Positions 21,893-35,126 of a DNA stretch of 35,127 bases are shown piece after piece. This stretch comes from Reclinomonas americana ATCC 50394. Taxonomy: Eukaryota. The notes under the pieces are model-generated. The model saw nothing but the letters and a program-made list of their open reading frames with translations. It was not told the origin of the DNA and searched no databases. Made by a program: the position numbers and the translations under genes. The stretch covers positions 1 to 35,127 of the forward strand of contig PS015060.1 of the NCBI GenBank assembly GCA_048213135.1, written 5' to 3'. How positions within the stretch are numbered: the first letter of the stretch is position 1; each line of letters begins with the position of its first letter.

Positions 21893-24317
21893 CTACGCCT
21901 CGTCCTCCTGCGTCGTGTCGACCTTCACGACAGCCGACGACGCCTGCTGTGACCGTGGAATCCGACCGACCTTCTTCATCTTCTGTCCAACACCACCGGC
22001 ACTCTTGCTGTTATTGCTGATATTGCTGTTGCTGTTGCTATTGCCGTTGGCATCATCATCGGCCTGGAGAACAGCCGACGACATGGCGTCATGCATCGAT
22101 GCCTGCACCGAATTAGCGTAGAATGACCGCTTGCTCTTCTTGGCCGAACCAGTGGCCGACGCCTTTTCTTGCTGCAGTGATGCAGTCACTGATCACCACA
22201 AAAGAAAGTGATGAGTACACACACCTTATCTCAATTACCACCCCCTTTCCCACAACGACGCAACTCGAATTCAACGACGCAGAACCACCGGCGCGATACG
22301 TGCCCTCGTCCTGCACCGACCTCTCGGCCTCGGCGACCACGGCCTCCAACTCCTCCGCGAACGAGTCAGCAGTCAGCAGTGAGAGAGAGGCGCGCACCCC
22401 ACTGAGTGTGGAGGCGGCGGCCGCCATGTTGCCGCCAAAGGCGTATGCCTGCGCCGTCCGCATTGTTTCCACCACCTGGTGGCGCACCTGCTGCTTGTGG
22501 ACCGTCTCGTCAAGACCCTCTGGTTCTTTCACGTTGGCGCTGCGCTCGACAGCACACACAGCCGTCTGCGTCTCCATGCGCCCAGCGACGACATTGTAGA
22601 ACTCGAGCGACAACTCGAGCGCCTGCGTCCGATAGTGCACCGGCTCAATCGACAGCGCCGTCAGCGCCACCGTGACCAGCACATCGCGCTGCTCGTCCGA
22701 ATAAAAGTCGCGCAGCGGCACACTGGCAGTCTGCTTTCCGTCCGGCCCATCCACCGGCGTCACACCACCGACGGGCGTGCCGGCGGCAATGGTGAGGATG
22801 CGCGACGTCGCGGTGTCAGCCTGCAATCGCAACACCGCATTCTGGGCGGTGACCGAGAGAAGGCCGCCGATGCACGAGGCAAAAGCGACGGGAATGTCTG
22901 TGTGCTGAAGGTGAGGAGGAATCAAAAGGTGATTTGAGTTGATAGCCACTCACCATCGGCACCGCGGATGAAGTTATACAGTCCATCACCGGCGTCGGCA
23001 ATCATGGTGCTGCGCGGGAGGAAGAGGGGAGATGAGGGAGGGGTGGGGGAGGAGGAATACAAATCCGCGTGGAAGAGAAGAGACGGGCGCGGAAGAGAGA
23101 AATGAGAAGGAGAAACACAAAGACATGAAGAAGGAAAGAAATATGGAAAGACGAGGACTGCTGTGACAGTTTGGGGAGCACAGTGCGGTGATGTGCTTGT
23201 TTGAAAAGTGCACAGACGCAACAGCAAGCGATCATTGTGCGGCGACCCGAATCCCATGGTGAACACAGACATGGGTTTGTGAATGGTCTCGAGCAAGTTG
23301 TTCACCGCCGCCAAGATCTCCGTCCTGCAGCAGGCGACAACGATGAGTGCACGCAACTCAACCAACCCTCCTCGCAACCAGACGCCATGCACGCAACTCA
23401 TCCACTACACCCTCATTGGCCTCGCCATCGGTGAACAGCACCACCGAGCAAATGGCACCCTCCCTGATCACACTTTCTTGTCAGCCACGAAAACATGCGT
23501 GGATGAGCGCCTCGCACGACTCACCGACACATGCTGCCGAGATGGTTGATGCCCGCAATGAGTCCTCCACTGAGGTTGGTGCCACCAGCCGGCTGCACCT
23601 GCTCAGTCAAGAGACGCCCGATTTCCGCCTGCACCAATCGTGTCAGCAAGAAGCGACGGCAACAGACGAAGGACGACGGCGAGCAGTACCTTCATCTCTT
23701 TGGTCATGTGCGACAGTGGCAACGGCGTCTCGGTGTACGAGTGGAACGTGACCATCGACACTCGATCAGTTTCCTGTGAGCACGACGAGTTGGCAGACAG
23801 TCCTTCTTCACACGCGAAGGATCAATGGTGAACCTTCAGCTGGGTGACGGCAAAGCGCAGAGTCCTGTGGAGCAGATCCATCTTGCTGGGACAGGCACTC
23901 CCCGCGTCGCATGCACCTGCGCGGTCGCTCATAGAACCGCTCCTGCAGTAGAGGACGAGTGAGAGGAGAAAAGGGGGGGGGGGGGAGGGAGGGAGAGAGA
24001 GAGAGAGAAACGCAACTTGTCCAACACAAAGACCAAGTCCAGCGGCTTCCGTGCCTCCTCCACAGCGGAGGAATACTTGGGCGACTGCATCTGGATCAGC
24101 AGATCCATCGATGGCACTGCGGAGAAAGGCACCTCGCGCCACTGCGACTTGCAGGAGAGAGATAGCTGTGGTGGTGGAAGAGGTGAGTGACACGTGTCAT
24201 AACCTCTGCACACACTCTTTCACACGCAACTGTGTCGCTGTTGTCTGCGGCGACTGCCATTGCCCAGGCGACCAAGAGGACGAAAGCGAGGAATGAGAGC
24301 AAACGAGGAGAGCTCAT
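21893..24317 (-). CDS. von Willebrand factor A (VWA) domain protein with N-terminal signal peptide and Vwaint-like C-terminus
   Basis: MSSPRLLSFLAFVLLVAWAMAVAA signal-like start; spliced MIDAS LDLVFVLDK|SGSM; DRVSMVTF; GGTNLSGGL; SVVLFTDGEANEG; VFTMGFGSPHN; IADAGDGLYNFI; IPVAFASCIGGLLSVTAQN; LRDFYSDEQRD; C-terminal FYANSVQASM; TAG at 21893-21895. Confidence 0.88.
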
Positions 24318-25439
24318 TGTGTGTGGTGAGTGGTGTGTGCTCGACCAAGGTGTGATAAAACAACAAATGAGAGGCGGTGGCAAGAGGAAAAGAGGAGGGG
24401 CTTGACGCGTGGCAATGGAAATCAATGGATGGGTGCTGCCACGCGTCAAGAATCCGGCGATTCATGACAGGATTCCGACAAGTGGCAGTGTGCATTGCTT
24501 TCGTTCGGCTGTCCACCTGCATGCGCTCCATCCATTGAGGTGAGACGCAGTGGAACTGCTGGCGACGGCAGCAAGTGCAGAAGAGGGTCGGAAACTGCAA
24601 ACTTCGCGAAATCGATCGCGATCGTGACAGCTTTTCTCCATCGCTCTCTCGACTCGACAAGGGTCGATCCGCCTTCCCCCAGCTCGCGTACAAGTGAAGT
24701 ACAGATCGCACATCGAGCCCGAAGTGTGCAGAATTCACAGTCAATTGCGAGCACACCGTCGATGTCGCCGATCGAGATATCGATTTCTCCTCTCATGATC
24801 AGCGTGCGAGCTTCAAGCACGCAGCTCGATTCGCCATCGACGTCTTCTCCATGATCCGCATCCCACCCACGCATATGCACCAGTGCCACGGGCTGTACCC
24901 TCAGAGGGACCACAAACAAACTAAACACTTTATTCACCACATCCCAGTAATGATCGGCCTTGTCGACTAAGAAACATCTCAACGATCGCCGAGAGGCAAC
25001 ACGGACCACAAGCGGTAAAGCAGAAACGAGAAAGCTAACAAAGAAAGAAACCGTCGACCCCGCCACAGTGACCATGAAGCAGCGCAGCAAAACAACCTGT
25101 GCATATGAGCTCGAGATCGCGACAAACGTCCACAAATCCCTTGCCGCGGCCGACAATGACCTTGGCACACCAACAATATACAAACACATAGTTACTTCTC
25201 CCACAGTCATCTTCCCTTTCAGGAGGCGAAACCAATCAAACGCGTATTGACCTCGAAGTTTCATGGGTTCGTCGTCCTGCTCGAAAACTTCAACTTCACG
25301 TTGAGATCGCTCCATTCGTGGCTTGTCTCTCGCTTCTACATCTTCGCACAACTGACCCACCCGCAACGACACCATAAGAGCCACAGTCCTTTCACTCTCT
25401 CTCGTCCTGCACATTTTTCCGCGCGCTTTTCCCCGCTCA

Positions 25440-27083
25440 ATGGAGTTCGTCACCCTCCTCCGCAGCGGCCGCTTCCGTCTCGTCGAATGCACACACATGG
25501 TGTGCGCAGGCATCCCCTGCTGGCCTGGCTCGCCTGACCTCGTCACCTGCCCGTTCCGGACCTATGCCAAGGACGGCTACTTCAAGACGCAAATCAACAT
25601 TGACACGGGCTTTGGGTGCGCTCATGTGTGTGCGTGAGAGAGAGAGAGAGAGAGACAGTGTGCGTCTCACTGCTGTTGTTGTTGCTGCAGAACGCACATT
25701 GATTCGCCCTCGCATTTCATCAAGGACGCGCGCACGATTTCCGATCTGCATCTGTCAGAGTTGTTCTCGCCTGCGGTGGTCATTGATGTGAGCGACAAGG
25801 TGAGATTCGCCACCTCTCTTCATCTCTGTCACACACGCACTCTCTCTCATTGTGAGTGGGAGAGCAGGTGGAAAGCAACCCGGATTACGAGTTGTCTGTC
25901 GACGATCTCATGCAGTGGGAGAACCGGCACGGTCCGATGCCCGACGATGCACTGGTGTGCATGAAGACGGGATGGGCGGAGCGGTTTGGCTCGCCCGAGG
26001 CCTACGCCAATGCCGATCCGCATGTGCCGCACAAGTGTTACTCGGGCGGTACCATGCATTTTCCCGGGTTCTCGGCGGTTGAGTGGGGGTAGGGGAAGGG
26101 AGGGAAGAAGGGGGAGGAGGGAGAAGGGGGAAGGGAGAGAAGGGGAAGGTGAAGGGGGGCATGCAAGTGGTATCTATTTCTTGCCTGTCTCCTCTCCTTG
26201 TATTCTTCTCTTGCCTTTTTGCATGTGCTGGTGTCTTTGCATAACGACTTTCTCGCGCTTGCTTCGTGTTCACTATCACCCGATGCCCGTTCCTGCTCCT
26301 TGCTTTCTTCTTTCTCGTTCAGGTTGTCTCTTTCGGTCTCCTTTCCCCTCTCTCTTTCTCTCGACAACAATTCACGTTACTCTCCTTGTGCGTCTGTCTG
26401 TCTCCTTTCCTTCGCACTCGTCACCTTTTCATAGCTCTTTGCTCTTCTCTTTCTTGTCCCGCTCTCTCTCTCTCTCTCTTCTCTCTTTGCCTGCACCTTT
26501 GTGATATGATCTATCCCACTCCATCTCTCTTCTTCTCACCACGTCCTCTCTCCTTCGCTCTGTTTTCCCCTCCGCTGGACTTTCTCGTCTCCCTTGTCCC
26601 TTTATTTTTCCTCATTCGCCCTTTCCTCTATCTCCCCTCCTTCTGTCTGTCTCATTCATTCTCTCCTTTCCTCTACCTCCCCTTTCCCTCCTACCCTCTC
26701 CAGGAACTGGCCACCTTCCTGACCGGCGAGCGACGCATTCACGGCATCGCAGTGGATACCCTGTCCCTCGACCCGGGAGTCTCAGAGACCTTCCCCGTGC
26801 ACTTTACGATGGTTAGTTTTTTGTCTCTCACCTGCCCCTCATCTTCCTTGATGCGCTCACTCGCGAGTCGCAGTTCCGCAGCGACAAGTACCAGATCGAG
26901 AACGTCGACTTGCGCGAGATGCCCGAGAACGGCGGCGTCATCATCTCGCTCCCGCTGCGCGTGCAGGGGGCGCCAGAGGTGAGTGAAGCAAGCGTCTCCT
27001 TTGTTCCCTCAACGTGTTTCACTAACATTTTGAGATGCTGGCAGATGGTCTCGCGCGTGGTGGGCATTGCACCGGCCGAGTGA
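25440..27083 (+). CDS. Cyclase family metal-dependent hydrolase (kynurenine formamidase KynB / isatin hydrolase-like)
   Basis: Six exons: 25440-25616 (ECTH..IPCWPGSP), 25691-25799 (THIDSPSHF..PAVVIDV), ~25868-26077 (VCMKTGW..HFPGFS), 26704-26811 (GIAVDTLSLDPG..FPVH), ~26873-26978 (YQIENV..LPLRVQGAPE), ~27044-27083 (SRVVG..TGA). Confidence 0.92.
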
Positions 27084-27457
27084 GCTTGCGTATGATTCTC
27101 TCCATTACATTTTTCATGCACCCATGTCGATTCACGCAATGTGCATCGTATCATACAGTCTTTGATCCCTCCCTCTCCTTTCTCTCTGTACATTTGACCC
27201 TTGATCTTTGCTCAGTCGCTAGATCTGGAGATGACCAGCATAGGAGGGAACAAGTCCTCCAACAGCTAGCTGTGTCCTCAAGCTGATATACCGCCGCAAG
27301 GCCAACTGACATCCTCCCCCTCTCACTCATGCCCTTCTATTCATTCGCTCTCCTTTCTCACTCCTTTGACATTGTTCGCCCCATATTCTCCACTCCGTTT
27401 TCAATCCCCACACCTCAACCCATTCACTCTATATCAAAGCACCGCCTTTCCCTATTC

Positions 27458-30165
27458 TCAGTCCATATCCTCCCCACCCTCCTCTTCCCCATCCTCGCCC
27501 TCCAACACCTGCTTCTCGGCAAACAACTCCTTCACCGGCGGCACCACCAGCGGCAGATACGTCACATCGGCCATGTTGCACGACATCATGTCGAAAGCGA
27601 TGAATGTGCGCCGCGAAAACGACTCGGCAATCACCGGCACACGTGGGTACCGCTGGCTGAAATGCGTCAGCACGGTGCGATACGCATGCATGCGGGTGGC
27701 AATGTCGAGCGCCTGCATGGTGGTGCAATGGCGCTTCTTCGCCGCCTGCTCCTCCATGCCCTCCTCCAGCGTGGCCTCGTGCGCCAGCAGTGTGCAGTGG
27801 CTGCCGTACTCGACCAATTTGTCGGCCGGTGCCATTGTGTCGCCCGAGAAGCTGCGCGGCTGTGGGTGAGGGGGAGAGGGCGAGAGCACGGGCGTGAGAG
27901 TGTGCGGGTACGCAACACAAACTTGAGGCCCGAGCGCTGGAGCAGCACCACGCCCCACGCATCGTTGTTGTTGTGGTGCTTTACTTGCACGCTCATGAAC
28001 TGCGACAGGCCGAGTTCCTTTTGGATAAACTCCCTGTGTGTAGGAGGGTGAGCATCGGCAGTGACTCCAAAGGCAATGTCTGTGGCACGCAACTGGAAAT
28101 CAGGCGACGGATTGTTGGGCACGGGTGACGTCTGCCGACACGTCACGAAGCGATACGACAGTGGCCCCATGGCCAGCTCGACCTCCACCAGCGACGTGTG
28201 CAGTGACATGGGGCCGACGATCCACATCGGCGCCGAGTACACGTCCACACCAGCGCGACGCAGGGCCTGCAATAAGGTGAGAAGCTTATGAATACTAATC
28301 ATACAAGCCGAGGGGGGTGACACGCAACATGCTGTCGCTCGACCATGAACTTGAGCAGGCCCGAGTGATGGTCGGCGTGCATGTGTGACAGCCACACGCA
28401 CTTTAGTTGGATCAGAGCCTGCAATCGGGTGGAATGTTAGGAATCTCGATCTCCAACTATGTACGATGGACAGCGACACGCAACGCGATCCAGGTCGTCG
28501 CCAACGTGTCGCACAAACTGCGCATAGGAGCCCTCGCCGCAGTCGAGCATCAACAGTCCGGCGTCAAACAGATTTACCAGGATGCAAGTCACTGTAGCGG
28601 GACATGAGCGCCATTGTTGTTACCTTCCGTCAGCCTGTCTGTCGGGGCTTCTCTCTCTCTCTCTCGCCATCACTCTCATTTTGAACAGTCGACATCTTGT
28701 CCTTGTCTCGCTGCCTCCCCTTTCTCTCTCTCACTCCCTCTCTGTACTACCGTCGAGTCCCCCCGCGCACTCTCTCGAAACCATCCGTGCTGTTTCTTCG
28801 CCGAACACCACCCCATCCTCGTCGTTGCTGCTCCCTTTGCTCCAACGCTCTCCAACTTGCGCTCTGTTTGTTGTACGTCCTTTCTTCACTCCCTCACTGC
28901 CTCTATTGCTACCGGTCTCTTTATCTGCTTCATTCCCTCTGCCGCCCTGACTGTCTCGAACCATCCATGCTGTTCCTTCATCGAACACCACCCCATCCTC
29001 GTCATTGCTGCTCCCTTTCCTCCAACACTCCCCACTTGCTCTCTGTTTGTTGTACGTCCTTTCTTCACTCCCTCACTGCCTCTATTACTACCTGTCTCTT
29101 TATCTGCTTCATTCCCTCTGCCGCCCTGACTGTCTCGAACCATCCATGCTGTTCCTTCATCGAACACCACTCCATCCTCGTCGTTGCTGCTCCCTTTCCT
29201 CCAACGCTCCCCACTTGCTCTCTGTTTGTTGTACGTCCCTTAAACACATACCAACTGCCTCAGTCACTCCCTGTCTCTTTATCTGCTCTATTCCCTCTGC
29301 CGCTCTGACTGTCTCGAACCATACACGCTGCTCCTTCAACAAGCACAACTCCCTGCTTTCCAACGCTCCATTGCCTGATATCTGTTCCATATGTCTCTCT
29401 GTTTCACTTACTCAGCACCTTCTTCTCTCCTTGTGTCTCTTTCTGCCTTGTTCCATCTGCAGACCTGTGTAAATGTCAGCCTGCTTCTCTCACACTTTGT
29501 CACAGACGCCAACGTGTTCTCGTCACCTTGTGCGCGCCTAGCTCTCTCTTTCTCTCTCACTCACTCTCTCACACGCTCAAAACTCACTGACTGTAGGTCC
29601 TTTTCTCTGCCTTTCTTGCTCTCTCGCAAACCAGCTTGTCAGTCTCTCTANNNNNNNNNNNNNNNNNNNNNNNNNNNNNNNNNNNNNNNNNNNNNNNNNN
29701 NNNNNNNNNNNNNNNNNNNNNNNNNNNNNNNNNNNNNNNNNNNNNNNNNNNNNNNNNNNNNNNNNNNNNNNNNNNNNNNNNNNNNNNNNNNNNNNNNNNN
29801 NNNNNNNNNNNNNNNNNNNNNNNNNNNNNNNNNNNNNNNNNNNNNNNNNNNNNNNNNNNNNNNNNNNNNNNNNNNNNNNNNNNNNNNNNNNNNNNNNNNN
29901 NNNNNNNNNNNNNNNNNNNNNNNNNNNNNNNNNNNNNNNNNNNNNNNNNNNNNNNNNNNNNNNNNNNNNNNNNNNNNNNNNNNNNNNNNNNNNNNNNNNN
30001 NNNNNNNNNNNNNNNNNNNNNNNNNNNNNNNNNNNNNNNNNNNNNNNNNNNNNNNNNNNNNNNNNNNNNNNNNNNNNNNNNNNNNNNNNNNNNNNNNNNN
30101 NNNNNNNNNNNNNNNNNNNNNNNNNNNNNNNNNNNNNNNNNNNNNNNNNNNNNNNNNNNCTACTA

Positions 30166-30229
<64 letters not shown>

Positions 30230-30239
30230 TTCTTTCTCT

Positions 30240-30271
<32 letters not shown>

Positions 30272-33200
30272 CTCCCCTCCCTCCTTCACTCCCTCTCTGT
30301 ACCACCAACCGCTCGCACTCGCCAGCCCCACTCGCACACTCGCAAAACCATCCATGCTGGTCCTTCAATAAACACCACCCCATCTTCTTCGATGACTCTT
30401 TCTACTTTCTTCCCTCTCCCCTCTCTCCGTCAGTCAATCTTTTCACCATCTCCCCTTTTCCCCCTTTACCCCCCCCCCCTCTCCCCCTTTCCCTTCTTCC
30501 CCCTTCTCACCACCACGATGTTTCGACGGCACGGCCGACCCCGTGCCCAAAAACGTCACCTCCATCGTCTGCCGACTGATGAAACCCAGCTTCTCCGTGT
30601 GCTCCGCATCCGTGTCCACCGGCGACGGCATGTCGGGAGTGCGGGCACCGACCAGTTGCTGGGTGGAAGCAACGGGGGTGGGGGGAAACACAACTCCACA
30701 GAAAGCACTCTTGGTCTTCGCACCTGCTCGTACTTGGAGACGAGCTCCTTGACGAGTGGCATGGCATCCAGCTGCGTCAGAATGTCGGCGTACGGTATCT
30801 CACCTGCAGACGTGTGAGACTTTGGTCGACGACACGAGGGACGAGTGGAGGCAGCAACGTTTCAATTGTGTCGTGTCGATGCCGAGGAGCTTGAGTGGCG
30901 CCAAGTTGACCACGAGTCCCGTGGCTCCCGGCAACACATTTTGCGCCACATCCAACTCACCTGCAAACGCACGCGACGATGAGAGACAAACTGGCCACGC
31001 AAATGAACGCGGAAGGCAGACCAGCGACACCCTCGCGTCCGTCGCCCGTGTAGTACTTGGGCGCGACTCGGAAAATGTTGGGATCCACACGATTGAGAAG
31101 CAACTGATTCACTGCCGCCCCGCGGAAGGCGGTGGCCGGGCTTGCGCCCTTGTCGTGCAGCATGATGTGCTGATCATCAAAGAATTAGTAGGAGATCCTT
31201 CACCCTCCCTCCGCCCTTCATCCTGCAAACCTTGCACTCGGGACCGAAGCTCTCCATGAATCGCTGATACGCTGGCGTCTCGGCCGCCTCACGCGGCGCG
31301 AAATGGAACACGAAAGACACACAGTGCGTGGCAGTCGAGCCGCAGTACGGTCTCCACATGCTCGAGGTGGTCAGCGGACCCACAAATGACTCGTTCGGGC
31401 ACGCGCAAATGACCAGAATCTGCGCGACACAGTGAGGATGCACAATGCAAGATGCGTGGTGGTGGTGCACCACTACCAACGCAACGACTCCAGGTGTGCT
31501 GGCCTCCATCACCTCCTCCGGATGCACAACACGGCCATTCTCCAGCGTCACTGCTTCACCACGCTGCAGGCGACCTGGCGCCACCTTGTGATGTGAACGA
31601 GATGTCCGCTCCCCTTTTCCAGCACCTTCCACAACGTACCAAAGGTCGGGCCAGGAGGCACACCAAGAGCACGGGCGCGCGCCGGCTGGAACTTGCCCGG
31701 CACGTCGGGAGTGTGCACAACGTATGACACGGCCGACTGCAGTGGGCACGACTTCTCAAATGCGGCGTACAGCGAGTCGTAATAGCGGTGGAAGACGTCG
31801 GACTCCAGCAGCATGCTCGTCGGTATCTGTGTGGATCTCAAGCAGGTGAATACCCAGAAAAGTATGTGGAGAAAGAGAAAATCGACGTCGTACCCTGCCC
31901 TTGGTGTCGCCCGCTGCTTCCTCTGTGCGGCACATATGAGCGACAGACGGCACACTGCACGCAGCAGTGCGATAAGGATTATCACCTGATGCGGTGCGAA
32001 TGACGGATGCGGACTCGATGGCCTCTTCGCGCGACCTGCAACTCCGACCGTGTGAGGGAGAGAAGGAAACGAAGCAACAATTGGCGACTCATGCGCACCC
32101 TTCTTGCAACATATCCAGGGTGCTGCGACACCACACGGTGCGCACCATGTCGAACAGAGCCTCGTAACACACGTCGCCGATCGTGGCATCTCGTCCCTCG
32201 GCACCCGACTGTCAAGCATATTGGTAAGTTCAACGTCATCCTTCACCACACATCCAATGCTCTCACCAGCTGCCGTCCAACTTGCGACACCACTGGCGGC
32301 ATGGGCACGTCGGAGCCACTGCCATCCACTGCCAGCTCCATCACGCGCTCCAGCAGCGCCCGTGCCGACGAGGCATCGCGCTGTCGCTCGCGTCCGTGGA
32401 CAAACGACACCGAATGCAACGCCGAGCCCATCATCTCCATTGTGTCGGGAGTCAGCGTGGTCCCACGCAGATACTGAAGCACAATAGGCGATGAGCATCA
32501 AGGCTACAATGCCACAGTGACGCGGCACACAGACATACACACTCACACACTCTCATAAACGCACACACATACACACATACACGCACACACATACACACAT
32601 ACACGCACGCGCACACTCACTCTCTCCCCCACACACACACCCGCGCACACACATACACACACACTCTCTCTCCCACACGCTCACACCCACACTCTCTCTC
32701 TTTCTCACACACACGCTTGCACTCACATATACACACCTCCTCCACTTGCCCCAGTCGCTCCCGATCGGCGGCCTCGCGCTCCTGAGTAATCACAATCGGC
32801 AACACGCGCAGCGGCACCGGTCGTGCAATGTGCACGTAGCGCGGCATCGAGCCGCTGGCCTCCTCGTCCTCCTCCTCCCCCGCCGCTGCCGACGCATCGC
32901 CATGCGCACTCGCCAGTCGCTCCTGCGCCGCATTCTCAAACTCTTGCACGAGCAGGTTCAGCCGGTTGGCGGTGAAGTAGTGGCGAAAGGTGGCAAAGAA
33001 GGCGGCGGTGTTGCGCGGTCCGTGCACGTGCAGGATCTCGCCAAAGTGCTTGGCGTATTTAAGAATGATGCCTGGTGGGTGGGTGGGAGGGGGAGGAGGG
33101 GGGGGGGGAAGGGGGTGGGGAAGGGGGAGTGAGAGAGAGAAACACAAATGGACGAGGCGCCGCAGCTATTCAAGCAGGCGGAGGGAACAACGACAATCTT

Positions 33201-34364
33201 CGAAAAGAGCAACAGACGGCACTGGCGCAGAAAGATGGGGAAAGAGAGAAACAGCAGTTCACAGCAACAACAGAACGAACTCGGCCCAGATTTTGCAGAG
33301 AAGAGGGAGAGGGAGAGAGATCATGGAGACAGAAAGAAAGTCGAACTCGAAGAAGATGCAAAATGACAGAGACAAGGCACAGAAAGATGAAGGGAGAGAT
33401 AACACTTCACAGCAACAAAAGAACAAACTCGGCCCAGACTTTCCAGAGAAGGGGGAGAGGAAGAGAGAGAGAGAGAGAGATTACAGAGACAGAAAGTCGA
33501 ACTCGAAGAAGACGCAACATGACAGAGACAAGGCACAGAAAGATGGAGGGAAGGATAGCACTCACAGCAACAAAAGAACAAACTCGGCCCAGACTTTGCA
33601 GAGAAGGGGGAGAGAGAGATCACAGAGACAGAAAGAAAGTCGAACTCGAAGAAAACGCAAAATGACAGAGACAACAGACGGCACTGGCACAGAATGATGG
33701 AGGGAGATAGCACTTCACAGCAACACCAGACAAAATCAGCCCAGAATTTACAGAGCAGGGAGAGAGGAGAGAGAGATCACGGATACAGAAAGAAAGTCGA
33801 ACTCGAAGAAGATGCAAACAGGAGAGTGGTCAAATCGATATCAGAGTACGCCAGCCACAGGCACTTGGAGAGCGACCCTTCTCTCTACACACCCACCGAG
33901 CATTCCTCCACACGAATCGGGGCCAATGTGAGTAAAGAAGATATGATCGATCTTCTGCAGCCGAATGCCGAACTCGGAGGCATATCGCTGAAATCCCTCG
34001 CCAACATTGAAAAGGTACCTGCAAAAAAAGACACAAACACAAATAACGTGAGTAGAGCTGCAGCAAACCAAGAGAAGAAAAGAGGCGCGCAAACCGACGG
34101 CCTTCCACCTACACATTAACAAAGTCAGTGCACACAAACAGGGGAAAGACATCTGTCTCTGCAAGCTCCCTTCTGGTGGTGGCAGTGGAGCTCAGGGCTT
34201 TGTAGACTCTCTCTCTCTCTCTNNNNNNNNNNNNNNNNNNNNCCTCTCTCTCTCCTTTCTCTGTCTGTTTCTCATCATCTGTGTTTCGGAGGGGCACTCA
34301 CCACCAGCAGCACACACGGATCAGTGTCCAGTGTGTTGCCACAGACTTCTGCGTGAATCAACAT
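27458..34364 (-). CDS. ELAC2: Long-form tRNase Z (tRNA 3'-processing endoribonuclease)
   Basis: Multi-exon. N-terminal [51 protein letters not shown]; exosite [53 protein letters not shown]; motif [12 protein letters not shown] (~28390-28362); [30 protein letters not shown] at 27458-27460. Confidence 0.93.
28773..29345. repeat. ~180-bp intronic tandem repeat (3 copies plus a partial; another copy at ~30341-30385)
   Basis: tctcgaa(a)ccat unit starts at 28773, 28954, 29133 and 29312. Confidence 0.9.
33211..33818. repeat. ~150-156-bp intronic tandem repeat (4 copies)
   Basis: cagaaagatg..cacagcaaca..aactcggcccaga..aaagtcgaactcgaagaa unit at ~33227, 33377, 33533 and 33687. Confidence 0.9.
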
Positions 34365-34989
34365 GTGAAAAGAGAACGTCGAGTTGTCCCGCGCGGAAGA
34401 AAAGAGAGAAGCTCGGCACTAGGAGTAGCACGCAAGGATCAGTGCGCAGTGAGGCAAAATGCAAGAGGCGCAGTGTGAATTGCGAAGGTTGCAAGCATGA
34501 ACAAGGAACGTCGCGACTTGAAATCGTTGTCCCTCTTCGTGCTTTTGAAGGAGAGACAGATAAGACGCTCAGCACTCACAGCGTGCAGTATGTGAGCAGC
34601 ATGCAGTGTTGCTTCACCAGTTTACTCTGCGTCTTCAGAGGAACTGAGAACGTCGAGTTGTCCCATTTCAAAATCCGAATCCGCCTTTTATTTCCTTGTC
34701 TGTGAGCCAAGACGATCCAAGACATGAGTCGCGCTCTTCGAGACACAGGCTCGTCCACGGACATTCCGCTCACCATCACCAAGGCAAGCACGCGTGCATG
34801 ACTGACTCTCTCTCTCTCTCTCACTCTCTCTCTTCTCATTGCTTGCATGCACTCAGGGTGTTCTGTGGAGCTGGTTTCTCTAGTTGCGTGCTGCAGTCAC
34901 AGATAGACACAAGCAGAATGCGTGTGCGTGAGAGACAATTCGCACTCACTGTCTTTCATTCATATATCTCGTCTCTTCTCTGCACCACT

Positions 34990-35028
<39 letters not shown>

Positions 35029-35072
35029 GTACGACCGACGGCGGATGGTACGGTACACGACAAGAAAGAGTA

Positions 35073-35126
35073 GGGAAAGGAGAGAAACGGCAGTTCACAG
35101 ACAACAACAGAACGAACTCGGCCCAG
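35073..35126. repeat. Isolated partial copy of the 33.2-kb intronic repeat
   Basis: gggaaaggagagaaacggcagttcacagacaacaacagaacgaactcggcccag nearly matches 33238-33289. Confidence 0.85.

Noticed and set aside
28773-33818. Intronic 150-180 bp repeats as CRISPR arrays or as coding repeats
   Set aside because: Whole units are repeated with indels that break frame, and they lie inside introns of ELAC2.
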